Shown here piece after piece: positions 1 through 12,209 of a stretch of 64,000 nucleotides of DNA. The stretch comes from Amoebophrya sp. A120. Lineage: Eukaryota > Protista > Dinoflagellata. Position 1 is the first letter of the stretch. Each line of letters starts with the position of its first letter. Below the pieces are notes generated by a model. It ran no database searches, was not told the DNA's origin, and saw only the letters and a program-made list of their open reading frames with translations. The position numbers and the translations under genes were made by a program. The DNA is taken from NCBI GenBank assembly GCA_905178155.1, contig CAJINV010000002.1, forward strand, positions 6,118,476 to 6,182,475, in the 5' to 3' direction.

Positions 1-315
1 CTCCACCCTGTTTGGCAGCAACCAGCGAGCCAAAAGGTTTGGTGCCGGCTGCGCTCTACCCGTGCACTAGTAGAACCGTTCCGCGTACTATGGAGTTTTA
101 CTGTAGTAAATCATGATGCCCAGTGGAAGCAGGCCAGGTTATGTTGCAGTAGGGCACGACATCGGTAGGGCACGAGATATCGTGCCCGAACGTGTGTAGT
201 CTCGTTGTCGTTCATTTATCTTCCAAAAACATCGTATCTTATCTATCATGCGCGAAGACGACTTTTCTTTGTCTTAGTCAAGCCCTACAACCCATCAGGA
301 TCAGTACCATTATCC

Positions 316-3268
316 CTACTTTTTGAACGCGTCTGCAAGCTTGGAAAGGTGCTGCATAATCTCGTGTAGCTCCTCCTCCTTTGGCAAGTCTGTCTCGTCC
401 ACTTCGCTAATTTTTGGAATTCTACTTCTATCCCCACTCGTCGCGGCACCCGCTGCTCCATGCCCGCCCGTACTATCCGACAAGTTGCGCAGGAGGTCGC
501 TCTGAAAATTATTTTTCGCACTCCGACTAAACCTGGTTGCGGGCGCGGAGGCAGTGCTGTAGTGCGTTGCCGCGGTGCGCGAGGAACTACAAGTGGACTC
601 CATGAAGCAGGCCTCCTGCTCGCGCTCCATCTTTTCCTCGCGGGCGCGCGCCTGTTTTTCAAATTCAATGGGTTCTTTTGTTATGCATAGAGTCAGAGTA
701 CTTGTTATGCGTCACGCACTGCAGATCCCTCCCCCTGTTGCAAAAAGTATATATTGCAAACTTGTTTTACTAGCACAGTGGCACGACTGCCTCGAAAATC
801 TTCTATACCCATTCCAGATTGTTCTCGTAGAACTGGCGCATGCGCAGGGTAAGTTCCCTCGGATGCGTAGCCTGTGCCGAATTCGCTCGTCTAATGGACT
901 CCATTTTCCGTTGTTCTTCGTACATACTCCGCATGGATTTCCTGCGTTTCTTCTCGATCTTATCCTCCACGAATTGCTGCCACAGCTCCTGCCGCTTGAA
1001 AAAGTTACTCTGCTGGTACTGCTCTTGGTCGCCCGTTCGTCTTGCGGAATGTGGCAAAGGCGTCGTCCTTATGAACCGATTTGCTTTGGAGCTGCTTGTC
1101 ATCGCTGCCCGCGCGCTCTGGGGCCGCCGACGGCGCTTGGGTTTGGAATTGTTTTCCTCGCCACCCGCGCCCCGAGGTGCAGATGAACTTTGACCGGCGA
1201 AAAACATCGGACTTTTTGCAGTTTTTGTGGCGGAATTTAACAGTCTGGGGGTGAAAGTGCATTCAGCGAGCTTCTCCCGCTCTTGCTCCTCCTTCTTTTC
1301 GTAGCACCGGCTCTCGATCCGCTTTTTCCACATCGTGTTGCGTTCGTACAAGCCGCAGCCCGCTCGACAAGCGTCCGAGTACGACGGAAGAGATGAAATA
1401 GGATGTGGCTTGCTGATCTTTCTGGCTGCATAGAGGTTGTAATTATGAAGCGCCTCCTGGTCGTCCTCAAAATCCAGCGTTTCGTACTGGTTGAAGTCAA
1501 CATCTTGTCCCGGAGTAGAAGCCTGCTTTCGGTGCAGTTTTCGTGTGGAAATCAAAACCGGGTCGGAGGCAGTAGCAGTAGCTGTATGTTCCTCATGATT
1601 GTAGTCTCCGTACCGCCCTCGACTGCGTGGCGCTCCTGCTGCTGCCGTTCTACTGTTCGGATGAAAGGAGTCGCCAGTAGTTTTGCTTCGTCCGCCAGCG
1701 TACTCTTGTTCTTCATCCTGCAGCAAATTGACTTCCGTGACCGGAATCCTTTTGCTGGAAGATGGTGTTTTCACTGACCCTGGAGGTGGTCGTTTTGATG
1801 AGTACGAGGAAGAAGAGGACGAAGCAGTGACAATTTTCACCTTACCGCTCGCAGTTGCGTCAAAGTCTTCTACTTCCGCTGCCGTTTTCGGCGCAGAGAG
1901 AGGACCACTGGTGTATCTTTTCGCTGTTGACGAGTACGTTGAATACATCGGCGCCGCAGTTCTGTAGCGCATTGGAGTCATCGTCCGGCTCATGGGGCGA
2001 TCGTTATCGTCGAGATAGTACTGCTTCTCGACGACGTGATCTTTTGTTCGCGGCCGCTGCGCTGCAACCTTTGCATCATTCTTCTGGTTGTGGGCTAGAT
2101 GAAACGGCACCTGGTCCTGGTGTATTTCTATTTCCTGCGCAGCACTACTAAACCCAACCAGCAAGGGCTGTTTTGCCGAAGACCGCACCACCGGTGTGCG
2201 AGAACTGCTTTTATTATTTCCGGTCGTGTTTGCGTGGTTGTAGCTGTAGTGCCCCTCAAAGTCACGCTCGACATGTGCCGGAGGTCGTTGTTGAAATATT
2301 TTCATCGGCGCGTGATTATTATAAGTCGAAGAGCTGCTGGTGGGTCTCGCACGATGTTGGTCGTAGACCGAATGTGGTATATGATTTGGATCATCAATGT
2401 CCGACTCGTAGCTGCTCTCCAGAACTTCCTCTTTCGTCGGCGCCCGCGTGCTAACGACGTCAACTCCGGACCGAGAGGACATTTTCCCGGTGGAGCTGGC
2501 AGGCGAAGGGATGGGCAGGCCTCTCTGCGTCTGCTGAAGATTCCTGCTCGAAGAGGTTCGGTGTGGTCTTTCGTGCTGCGATTCCTGCCTGTAGTACTGG
2601 GACGATGCGCTGCCGCTGTCTTTGCTTTTCTTTTTCATGTTTTGCTGCACCTTCGCATTGTTCGACGACGAATACGGTTGACTTACACCACCGCTGTTCC
2701 CGCTGGTGCGTGGTGGGGGTCTAAACCTACTCGTGATCGTCCGCATCTCGGTTGGCTTCGGCACCGCAAATTTGTTGTGCACACCGCCGGAACTCGCTGG
2801 GATGCGCTTGGTTTGGAGACCCGCACTCCGACTGTGACTGGTGCTACCGCGACCTGAGGAATTGAACCAAATAGTTTCTTCCGCCGGCGAAAAATCCCCT
2901 TTGTGCATGATGGAGAAAGGTTGACTTCTACTTCATAAAGATACAATGCTAGATGATTGAACCGTGGTACAAAAAAAACCTCGTCGTTGCACACCTGCAT
3001 GGTTGTGAAACACCAGCGCCCTGCGTCTTTCGTACTCGGCCTCCGCGGCGGCTTCGTCTAATTCGTCGAAGGTAGGGCCAGAGTGGTACGAACGCGGCTG
3101 GTTCGACATGGACGTCGAGCCTGCAGGGACAGACTTAGAAGAAGCAGCGCCCGCGGTCCCGACTATTAGTCCGGACGTGCTCGTAGGGCGTGCTGGCGCA
3201 GCAGCTGGGCCGGTGGAGGAGGTGCTGGCGTACTTGTTGTCTTGTCTCGTCCGGGAGGTCATCTGCAT
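316..3268 (-). CDS. Hypothetical low-complexity/coiled-coil protein (~884 aa) with ECTFxP motif; 3 exons (GT-AG introns 652-808, 2854-2994)
   Basis: ORFs 2933-3367, 803-2908 and 316-630 join in frame through phase-matched GT..AG introns (HAG|RGST; LEW|ARAREEK); LYERNTMWKKR..LAECTFTPRL motif; start codon uncertain. Confidence 0.6.
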
Positions 3269-5461
3269 CCTCGGTATTCCTGGTGTTCGTGTGATATCTG
3301 TATTGTTAGAATTAGCACTGAAAAAAATTATATTCTCCTCTTCCAAGTGAAGTAAGTGGCACCACAACCATGCACATTATTCAGTGCAGCTAATTCAGAA
3401 GCACTTCATAGCTCCAAAGTTGTGACCAATCCAGCAGTCAATACCTCCAAAGTTGCTCTGGAGGTTCTTGCTCCTATGAAGCGAAAACGAGTCCGTCAGA
3501 CGCCGGCAGCGAGATTTCAGAGTTTCGAAGTCTGTTCCCCCTCTGGTGTAAGCTTCGTACCCCCGCAACTCATACTGCAATACTGCCTGCTCCATGCTGA
3601 AGGCTCATCTTGTTCCCTGTAATAGTGTTGTCCTGCACTTCCAGATCCTGTGACTTAATCAATACCGTTTTTCAGATTGATAAAGATATAGGCGTCCACT
3701 CTAAATTGCGGTGCGTGCGGCTCCCTAGTGGTGTGAAAAGGGTGCTTTACGAACGGATATCAGGAGGCTTTTGTATTTCCGCTCATTGCTCAACTCGAAC
3801 TCGTCGCCCACATTTTTCTCCAAGAAAAAAAAACACATTTTGCTTTTGCAGCCCCCATATTACATATCTATGTCTGTCACCGCCCATTTTCTTTGGTTCT
3901 ACCCAAGTAGGCATCACCTGCTTTCAATTCCAGTTCATCTCTCTGTATGAAAGCTCGCCCTCACGTCTTCCCTCGTTTGTTTTCGCTGTCCCTTGTTGAG
4001 GAATCAAAACTAACAGAGCTTGAAAAAATACAATCACAAAGTCGCAGCGTGACCTGAGCAAATACGGAATGGCTGCAGTCGCTATCGCGGAACGAGCAGT
4101 GAGGACACAACCTGCCGCAAACAGAACGTATTGCTAACTGGATGCTTCGGCCAACACCCATGCCAAACTAGCCTTGGGCGGAGCAGAGAAGCACGCGAGC
4201 CCTTTGGCAGCGGCCCGGCCGAAAACCTTGGCCGCGCGTACTGCGACAACATAGCGGCGCCCAGCTGCCGAATACTGCGGGCGCCAGGGCGCCGAAAAAA
4301 GGCGCGCGGGCGCGCCGGCCTTCGTTCGGCTGGGTGGGCACGGCCAAGCAGGCGGCCAGCATAAATAAGGCTGCGAGAAGTGGCGGGCGCACCTACGTGC
4401 TGGCGCTGCAGGGTGCGCGCCCTGCACTCGCATGCACGCGCGCCGGCGCGGCACCTGCACACAGATGCCGCCGGCTGACGGGTTGCACCGGCGGCGCGGC
4501 GCCCGCCTTTATCTCTTATGCATGCGCACCCAGGCAAAAGCCGGCCGCGATTGCTTGAATGCCGGCAAGACGCGGCCGCTTCGCATGATCGGCGCTTGTT
4601 GGTTGGGGCTGGCTGGCTGCCGGCTCCAGAGCAGAGCGCGAATTCTGCGGATTCCTTCGATTGGCTCGTCTCGGGTGGCTTGGCACCGCGCTACCTGGGT
4701 TAGACGCTGCAGCCCAATACGAGCACGACGACGCCGGCCGCGGCTCCATCCCGCCCCGCATCAAATTGGCAAGCTCCGGACGGGGCCCAACTTGTTCTCC
4801 TTGTCTCCCATTAATACAGGGGCACGTCCGCAACCAGCCACCTGCGAACATCGGCGGCCAGAAGAACAGGGAGAATCCGGCCGACCATCATCTTCAGTTT
4901 GTTCCTTATTTGCCATAATTACTCTACAACTTTCTATGTGAGTCGTCGTAGGATTTAAGGCCGAAGCTTGCGTGATTGGTGTCTACTTTCCGCTCTTGTC
5001 GATTAGCGCATGCCTTCCCTCAACGTCAGTTAGCATCCTCTCCAGCACCAAACTGAGCTGCTCATGACTTCTCCTTTTTCCACCATGCAACATAGAGCAA
5101 GATTTAAATACACTCCCGGAATATGGTACTTATTAAAGCAAGCTTAGCCTCCACACCGTGAGAGCAGGTGTGGCCGCAGCCGCCATCGTGGAACGACTGA
5201 AACCGAAACCCCCGCAAACAGAATAAAGGAATCTCCTGGATGGTGCGGAAAATAATCCCTCACCGAAAAAATTCTTGTCACCGTGCTACTTCGTAGAAAC
5301 TTGACATCAGAGTGCGAAACAAAAGGTCTCTTTCTTTCCACCTACTTCTCATTGTTCCCTGAACTACCCCGGGCACAAGAACAGTTCCCAACCAGCGAAA
5401 CAATCCAGCCAGGACATGATCACATCATCCGCACAACCCGACGCAGCGGATCTACATTCAT

Positions 5462-6496
5462 TCACAGCGGCCCACTCTGCAGCGCGCGAATGGGGTGCCG
5501 ACGGACGGATAGATTCCGGAGGTTCTTCCCCAGACCCTCGACCTGCTTGATTTTCCGGCCGGAGATGAACGACCAAGCGCGGCAGTACTGGTCTAGAAAG
5601 CGCGGAATGCTGAAGAACCGGTCCAGCGGCTCCATGCGATCGCCGTCTAGGCCTCGGAAATCCTGGTGCACCTCCGCGAAGGGCACGTTGCCCAGCACTT
5701 CGGCCTTTCCGATCACCAGGGTCGGGTTGGGATTGTCGTTCGTCGCTTTGGGGTTCCTCTCCAACACGGCAGTGGCAATCCAGGAAAACGGCTCCTCCGT
5801 CTTCATCCGGTGCAACTCCACCGCTTCCTTCTCGCGCGACCGGTTTTTCAGCTTCAGGTTCGCGACCGAGTTCGGGTTCGGGTCGATTTCCCCCAGCGTG
5901 GTGCTTGTAAGGAGCATCGGGTTGAACCGGCAGGCGAGAAAGTAGCGCCTACCGGGAAAATTCTCGTCGCGGTCCAAGTGGTCGAGCCAAAACAGCCCCA
6001 AATCCTTGCCCATGTCGACCATCCGCTTTTCGCGGAACCACCGTTTCACCGCGTACCGGTGCCGCCTCCGAATGATCCACATTAACTATCAAATGTAAAA
6101 ATGTCTGGGTTTCGAAGAAATCCAACTTGTCATGCTAAGTCTGGATCATGCAAAAATCTGTCTTGCGTGATCGCCAAAAGTCGCGCTCTTTTAACCAACA
6201 CGAGACGCACTTTCTCATGCAGGATAGGCATGATAAAGACCTCGCAAAATCTGTCATGCTAGGTCCTGCATTCCAGACCGCTTGGGGCATCGAAATTTTG
6301 CATGACAAGTTTCTATTCTTCCAGACCCAGACATTTTTGCAATCCATATCAACAAGCGCACCACGATTTTCAGCCGGCACGGTGTTCGAAAGGTGTCCTT
6401 TTTCTCGTGCACCGAGCTCCCGAGCGCAGAGGCGACAAATTTCGCGTCGTACCGCGTGAACTCGCGACGGGCGGTGTTGCTGTTGATCTTTGTGAG
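5462..6496 (-). CDS. Hypothetical protein interrupted by introner 6087-6348; 5' end unresolved
   Basis: Removing element plus one direct repeat gives ...RLKIVVRLL|MWIIRRRHRY...; frame open upstream to a TAA at 6497-6499. Confidence 0.5.
6087..6348. mobile_element. Introner family A
   Basis: TATCAAATGTAAAAATGTCTGGG...CCAGACCCAGACATTTTTGCAATCCATA; flanks TTAAC/TCAAC. Confidence 0.9.
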
Positions 6497-7218
6497 TTAC
6501 TCAAACACATTGTCCGACGCTTCATTCGGCTTTTTTTCCTCATGAGGATCTATGAATACGAATCACCATCAAGAAGCTAAGGTGACGCTCCGGCACCAGT
6601 GCTGCACCTTGCGGAAACATGAACAAACGAGCATGTAGTATACACAGCGTCGTCCGGGCCGTAACTCGCCGGTATTCTTGGCGTCATTCCCTTCCCCGGC
6701 TCGTAGCCACCAAATCCGCAACACATATCCGAATACTGCTTCCACAAGCTGCCGCCGGCCTTTTTGTTGTCTTCCAATGCGTCTTCGACTACTGGATTGC
6801 GGATGATATCGGCCGCAGCTTCCGCGCCCAGGTCCTTCTGCTGGTTGACTGCGCGGCCGACAGCAGCAGCGCCGACGTCCGTTTGGATGATAGGCTGGTT
6901 GACAGTAGAAGCTTAGTCAACGAACTGAGCAAATTTAGCAACGCAGAGAATTTGAAAAAAAATGACACGAGACAAAGAAGAAAACAGTCCAAATTGTACC
7001 TCGTCCTCGTCTTCCTCCGCCTCTGCGTTTGCGGCTTGACCTCCCTTGCCCGCTGCTTTTATGGAAGCAGAACTAACAGGAGTCACGGGCTTTGTCGTTG
7101 CGGGGAAAGATCAGATTCAGACCGTTTACTTGTTATGAGGCACGACCTTGTAACAAGCCAGCCCGATGGATTGCTCAGTGCAAAGTTGTAGCGTTGTAGT
7201 TTGGTCGTGCCCTTCAAT

Positions 7219-10200
7219 TTAATATTTTCTGCATTTTTTTTTTGCTCGCAACCTAGACATAGAGTGAACCTGAGAAATAAACGCATGAGGAAAATTCTGC
7301 AGCCAGATGACTCCTCTCGTCTCTGATCCCGTACCCTGGCTCTCACTAGATTCGTTCAGCAGCGTGAGCACATCCCAGTCGTGAATCGTCACGCTCATGA
7401 CCACCATCTGACTGTATAAAGTCCTTTGCAGGCGAAACAAGTTCTGCACCAGGATTTTCATCTTCGGCAGCCGCAGCTCGGCGTCGTCCGAGTGCTCCGC
7501 CCGTTCCACGATGGACACCGCGTGGTCGCACACCTCCTTCGCTTTCTCGTAGTTCCGCTCCACACTGGCGTAGTAGCAGGAAAAATTCAGGTGCGAGACC
7601 AGCAGTTCGTAAGAGATGTGTTGCGAGGAGATGGTGACCGGGTTGCTGTCCCGATTCATGCCCCCGCCGGCCGCTTCGCTATTGCTCAAACTCGACGTGA
7701 CCGAGAACTGGTGCTGGATGAAGATTTTCGCCAGGCGAATCGACTCCGTGTAGCAGTGCCGGGACAGAATGCTGTTTTGCTGGATTGTCCGCAAGGAGTG
7801 GTGCATCGCCATCACGCACATGTAGCGGTACCAATCGGCCTTCCAGCAGACCCACTTCGCGATCAGCTCCAAGTTTTCCAAAACGGTATTCCGCGTCATC
7901 TGTACCTCACAGGGGACCGGCGTTCTTGCCGACAAGTTTTCCAGCAGCATAAAACTCCCGGCCGCGATTGTGGGCTTGTCGTTCTTCTGCGAACCGCCCC
8001 CCGCGGCGGACGGGTTCATGACCTGCTTGAGCAACTCCGTCTTCGAGGCAATCGTCGTCCCCGCGGCTGATGCACCTGTTGTCCCGGTCGGGCCCCCAGC
8101 CGCGGGCCCTTGCGGACCTCCGTTCGCACCCCCACTGCCGGATCCGTGCGCGTTTTGCCGCAGTTCCCGGACGGTTATGTCTTGCATCATTTCCGTATGA
8201 CAGTGCACAACTCCCCCTCTCCCTCATTTGTCATGCAAAATCCCAAATCTCCCTTCTGCCTCCTGTTAGCACTCTTTGCATGACAGATTCCGAAAGCCAA
8301 AACAGCACTACATTTGCCCAGAAATTTCTCATGCAAAAGCTGCATCTTTGCCAGCGCTTGCGTTGCTGTTCATGCAACACAAATGAGGGGGAGGGGGAGT
8401 TGTGCAGTGTCATATTCCGCGGTGATTACCCCCGCAGCTTGCATGGTGGCGTTCTTCTGGTTTCCGGCCTGCTTCACAAAATCTCCCTTCTGGAACTGGT
8501 CCTCGTAAAAATTGGGTATGCGAGTGCACAACTCGGTCTATTCCTTGTTTGATGTCAAAGCGAAATTTCCACTCCAGCCCCCGGAAGCTGTGGATAGTAT
8601 TGCTGTTCTTCCTTGCTCCTAATACTCCTGTCGAAGATGCGATACAATTACAAATCACGAATAGAGGAAGTCACGTGCACTCTCATATTGAAGTTTTCCG
8701 TGACGAAGCACCGGCTGTCGAGGTGTTTCGTCAATAGCGCTAAATCCTCTCTCGTTTGGATCTCAATTGTGCAATCGCGGTAGGACAGACAGGGTAAGAC
8801 CACCGAGTCGATGAAGTCGGAGATTTGTAAGGACATTTGCTCCACTTTGTGGCCAAACTCCGTCCGGTCCAGGTGTCCCTTGTCGTACAATAAATACAAA
8901 TCGCGTAACCGCTGCTTGGCGCCAATCACGAATAACTCGCGGAGATCCGTTTCCAAACTGAAGAAAATTTTCTGCGTCATCGTGTCGTCCAGCCGAATGG
9001 AGCGAGACAGCAGGTCTGACGCGATTTTCAGACACCGCACCATCCGGCCGGGGCGGTCGCGAAGCAACGAGATGTTCGCGGACCGGAGGAAATCCTTCAC
9101 GTTTTCGTTTTCCGCCTTTTCCACGGTGATGAACGGCAACAGTTGATCGTTTTGGACCCCGGTGTGTGGGATATCTGGCGGCTTTTCCGCGTTGTCGATG
9201 TACGCGGTGGAGGTTTGGCCCTTCTTCCCCGCGTGCAACACCTGCAGGTCCTCGTTGTCCCGGTATTTCTGCAGCTCGTGATCCTTCAACAAATGGTAGT
9301 ACATCTCCCGGATCGCGAACACACCGGACAGGCCCGGCTGGTTTCGGCGGATGTATTTGATCTTGCCTCCGTCCGAAGAACTGTGCGCTCCTGAGCCCCC
9401 TTGTTTCGCCCGGATCCTCTCGTGCAGACGCCCGTACGTCCAATTCAAATCCAGCGCTTGCAACGCTCGGCGGCCCCGCTTCGCCTTGTTGGCTTCCCAC
9501 TCCGCAACGAAGTCGATCAAAGACTGGATTTTGTACTGCGGCCACTTCTTTCGCTTCATCTGGCGGTAAATCGCGTCCGGCGTCTGCTTGCCCTCCTGAA
9601 TTTGCTTCTTGAACGCCGACAGTTCGTCGACGACTTCCGATACCTCCCCCTCGATCGCCATGGCCCAGTAGAGGACCTTCACGCAGTCCTTTTGCTTCGG
9701 GAAATGGTAGAAGGCGGAATTCTGGATGGCGGACTGGGACTCGCCGAGGTTCCCCTTCGGCAGGATGTCTTCGAAGCCCCCGGTGGCGGCGCCGGGGGAA
9801 ACGTAGGAAATTTCCGCGAAGGGGCGGATCACCTTGAACTCGAGCTGCTTGTAGCCAAGCGAGAAGAGCCCGTTGAAGTAGTTGAGGAGCTCTGACTCCA
9901 GTTTGTCGAACCGTATCCGCTCGTTCAGCTTCAGCTCCAAACTTGCGGCTCCCGTGGCTGCGGTGTTCCGCACTTCCGGCGCGCGGAGATACAGTGTGCA
10001 GGTCTGGGGGGTCACGCAATAGTCCACCGGGAGCAGGGCCGGAATCTTGATGCAATCGTTGTTGTTCAGAATCCCGGGGTAGCTGTCCTGCACGCCGCCG
10101 TTTTTTGAGCGGAGCGCGGGCGGGAGCAATTGCTGCTCCCATTCCGGGTAGGAAATATCCGCTTCCACAATGTTCACGGCTTCGGAGGCGCCTTCATTTT

Positions 10201-10282
10201 CGTACAGGTTCCAGGATTGCCCGACGGGAACGCTGGCGGCCGCGGCGCCGGAGGTGACGGAGGACGAATTTCCGTTGCCCAT
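7219..10282 (-). CDS. ~887-aa protein with N-terminal MGNGNSS and a divergent C-terminal 14-3-3-like domain; 2 introner introns
   Basis: ORFs 8648-10372 and 7219-8208 join (TENFN|FYEDQ; ITAE|MMQD). Motifs DRPGRMV, VIGAKQR, KADWYRY, LNFSCYY, KILVQNL parallel 14-3-3 ERYDEMV, VIGARR, KGDYYRY, LNFSVFYY, LIMQLL; 3' end uncertain. Confidence 0.65.
8196..8414. mobile_element. Introner family G
   Basis: TATGACAGTGCACAACTCCCCCTC...GAGGGGGAGTTGTGCAGTGTCATA; perfect TTCCG repeat. Confidence 0.9.
8517..8687. mobile_element. Degenerate introner family G
   Basis: TATGCGAGTGCAC...GTGCACTCTCATA; flanks TTGGG/TTGAA; removal restores frame. Confidence 0.75.
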
Positions 10283-12209
10283 GATGGATGCGAGGCGGCG
10301 TGTGAAGGAACTATAATAGACGCTTTTTTCTCTTTTCTCAGCTTGGAGGAAAAGCATGATGAACACATGCACGCCAACGCCAGCGCTCTTAGACTCCGCT
10401 CATCAATAGAATTGGCGATCTTTGATTTTGCTCACCTGTGCGGCAATTGTGCGACGGACCCAGCCTTTCTTTTCAGCACAATCGCCTCCAGAAGAATTGC
10501 AGGCACAAAGACACTCGGCGGCCTGGTGACACCACCCAGCGCACAAAATAAAGCTGCTAGTGACCTGCGGAAAACACACGGAAATAAAGGCCCGCGGACG
10601 CCTTTCGCTTTCTTTGATTGCGCCTAACCCTAGCAAATGCCTCTCCTCTGGCATCGGGGGGATGCGTCAACATATCGGCTGACTGACTTCGGCCAGAAAG
10701 ACAAAGATGGGGGGATGCTGCGCAGCCATTCAGAGGCCCCCGGGCGCTGCGGGCTGGCAAAGGGGGCCGGGCGGCGCGACAAGGCGCCGGCCGGCTGTAT
10801 TGGGCGGCCGCGCAGGCCAATACGCCTAGCACGCTCATGGCAACACACGGACCACGCACGCGGGGGCCTAATGCCCGACCAAGCGGGCGCAGCGCGCGGG
10901 TTCATTGGGGCGAAGCCAAACTGTCTTCCCGGGTAATCTTAAAAATTCCAACCAGGATGCGTAGGATATCCAGTTGCGCACCTGCGCAACATCCGCGGCG
11001 ACCGTCGCTGTGCGAGTAATGTCATCAACGTCCTGGATGCCCATAATTGTGATCATAATTCCGGGCCACGGGGTGACGCTGCCGAGCAGGACCAAAGTCG
11101 GGAGGTTTTTGGCTAAGGGCTCAACGCGCCGGCCCTGGAATTCGTAGGGCTCGATCTTTTTGGCCTGCAGGATGGACTCTGCTAGGGCACGCGGGGCCAG
11201 GCGGGGGGCCCACCCGAGCGCAATCAAAAATCTGGGCGCCGGCCAAACGCATGCCCGCCCTCGTCGGAAGCGGGCCGGTGCCACGAATGGCTTCGCGCCT
11301 CTGCAATTTCTGAGGAAGCGCCCGCCCCCGCGACTGTCGCGGCCGCCCCGAAGTCGGGCGCGCGCGCGCCGTGCTGGGCCCACGCCAGCCCGCCAGAGCT
11401 AGGACCGTCGGGCGCTTTCGGCGCATTGCATTGCAAAAGAATGCCGGGGGCTCTCTTGGCCATCCGCGCCGGGGGCGCCGGCGGGCCTCTCCACTCCCCT
11501 GGCAAAGCAAGGCGCCCGCCCGCGCGCCGAGAGAGACACAGGCAATGCCCTTGCCCTGCGGTCAACGTCCTGGATCTTGGTACGGGCTTCGTCTTTCAAC
11601 AGCCCCAACGCCCCAGCGGGTAGTGTGGCCCCGTGCGCCCCGTCCGCAAAATCGCGGCAGCGCACCCGCGCGCAAAGACGCGGGCGCTGCAAGGAGGGGG
11701 CCATCACGTCAGGGGCCCCCTTCCCGACCGAAAGCGCTGCAACTGATGACCGCCCGGCCTAAGCCGCCGAGCTGAGTCGGCTACTTGCGGAAATCGCGGG
11801 CCCATGATTTGCGGAAATCGCCGACGTAGCCCGGCGGCTTAAGCCGGCCCCTCTCGCCCCTGGAATTGCTGCCCAAGTGCGCCATCGCGCACGCAAGACC
11901 TAAAAAATCAGGCGGCGCAGGTAGTTGGCTAGACTATCGGGCGCGCGGTTACATCTGTAGCGCCTGTGTGGTGAACAAGTGAACAAGCAAAAATAACTCA
12001 CATTCGCCGTCGCGCGTGACAGATCTGCGAAGTCAGATCTGAGCAGGTAAGTGGTGAAAGGCCTCACGTCCTTACGTCCTTGACTATGCACAAACAGGCA
12101 CTCACCCACACGAACACTATCTATCCAACACCAATGAAACCACCGCTAACCGGCTCGTAGCTCTCTCTTCTTTGCTTTTTTTTAGATGCGTTTTTCGCAA
12201 CGGCATTTC

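Noticed and set aside
8763-10142. 459-aa overlapping Arg/Pro/Gly-rich ORF and many long plus-strand ORFs
   Set aside because: Shadow frames of GC3-rich genuine minus-strand genes
10623-10633. Telomere-like CCTAACCCTAG
   Set aside because: Under two units; not an array
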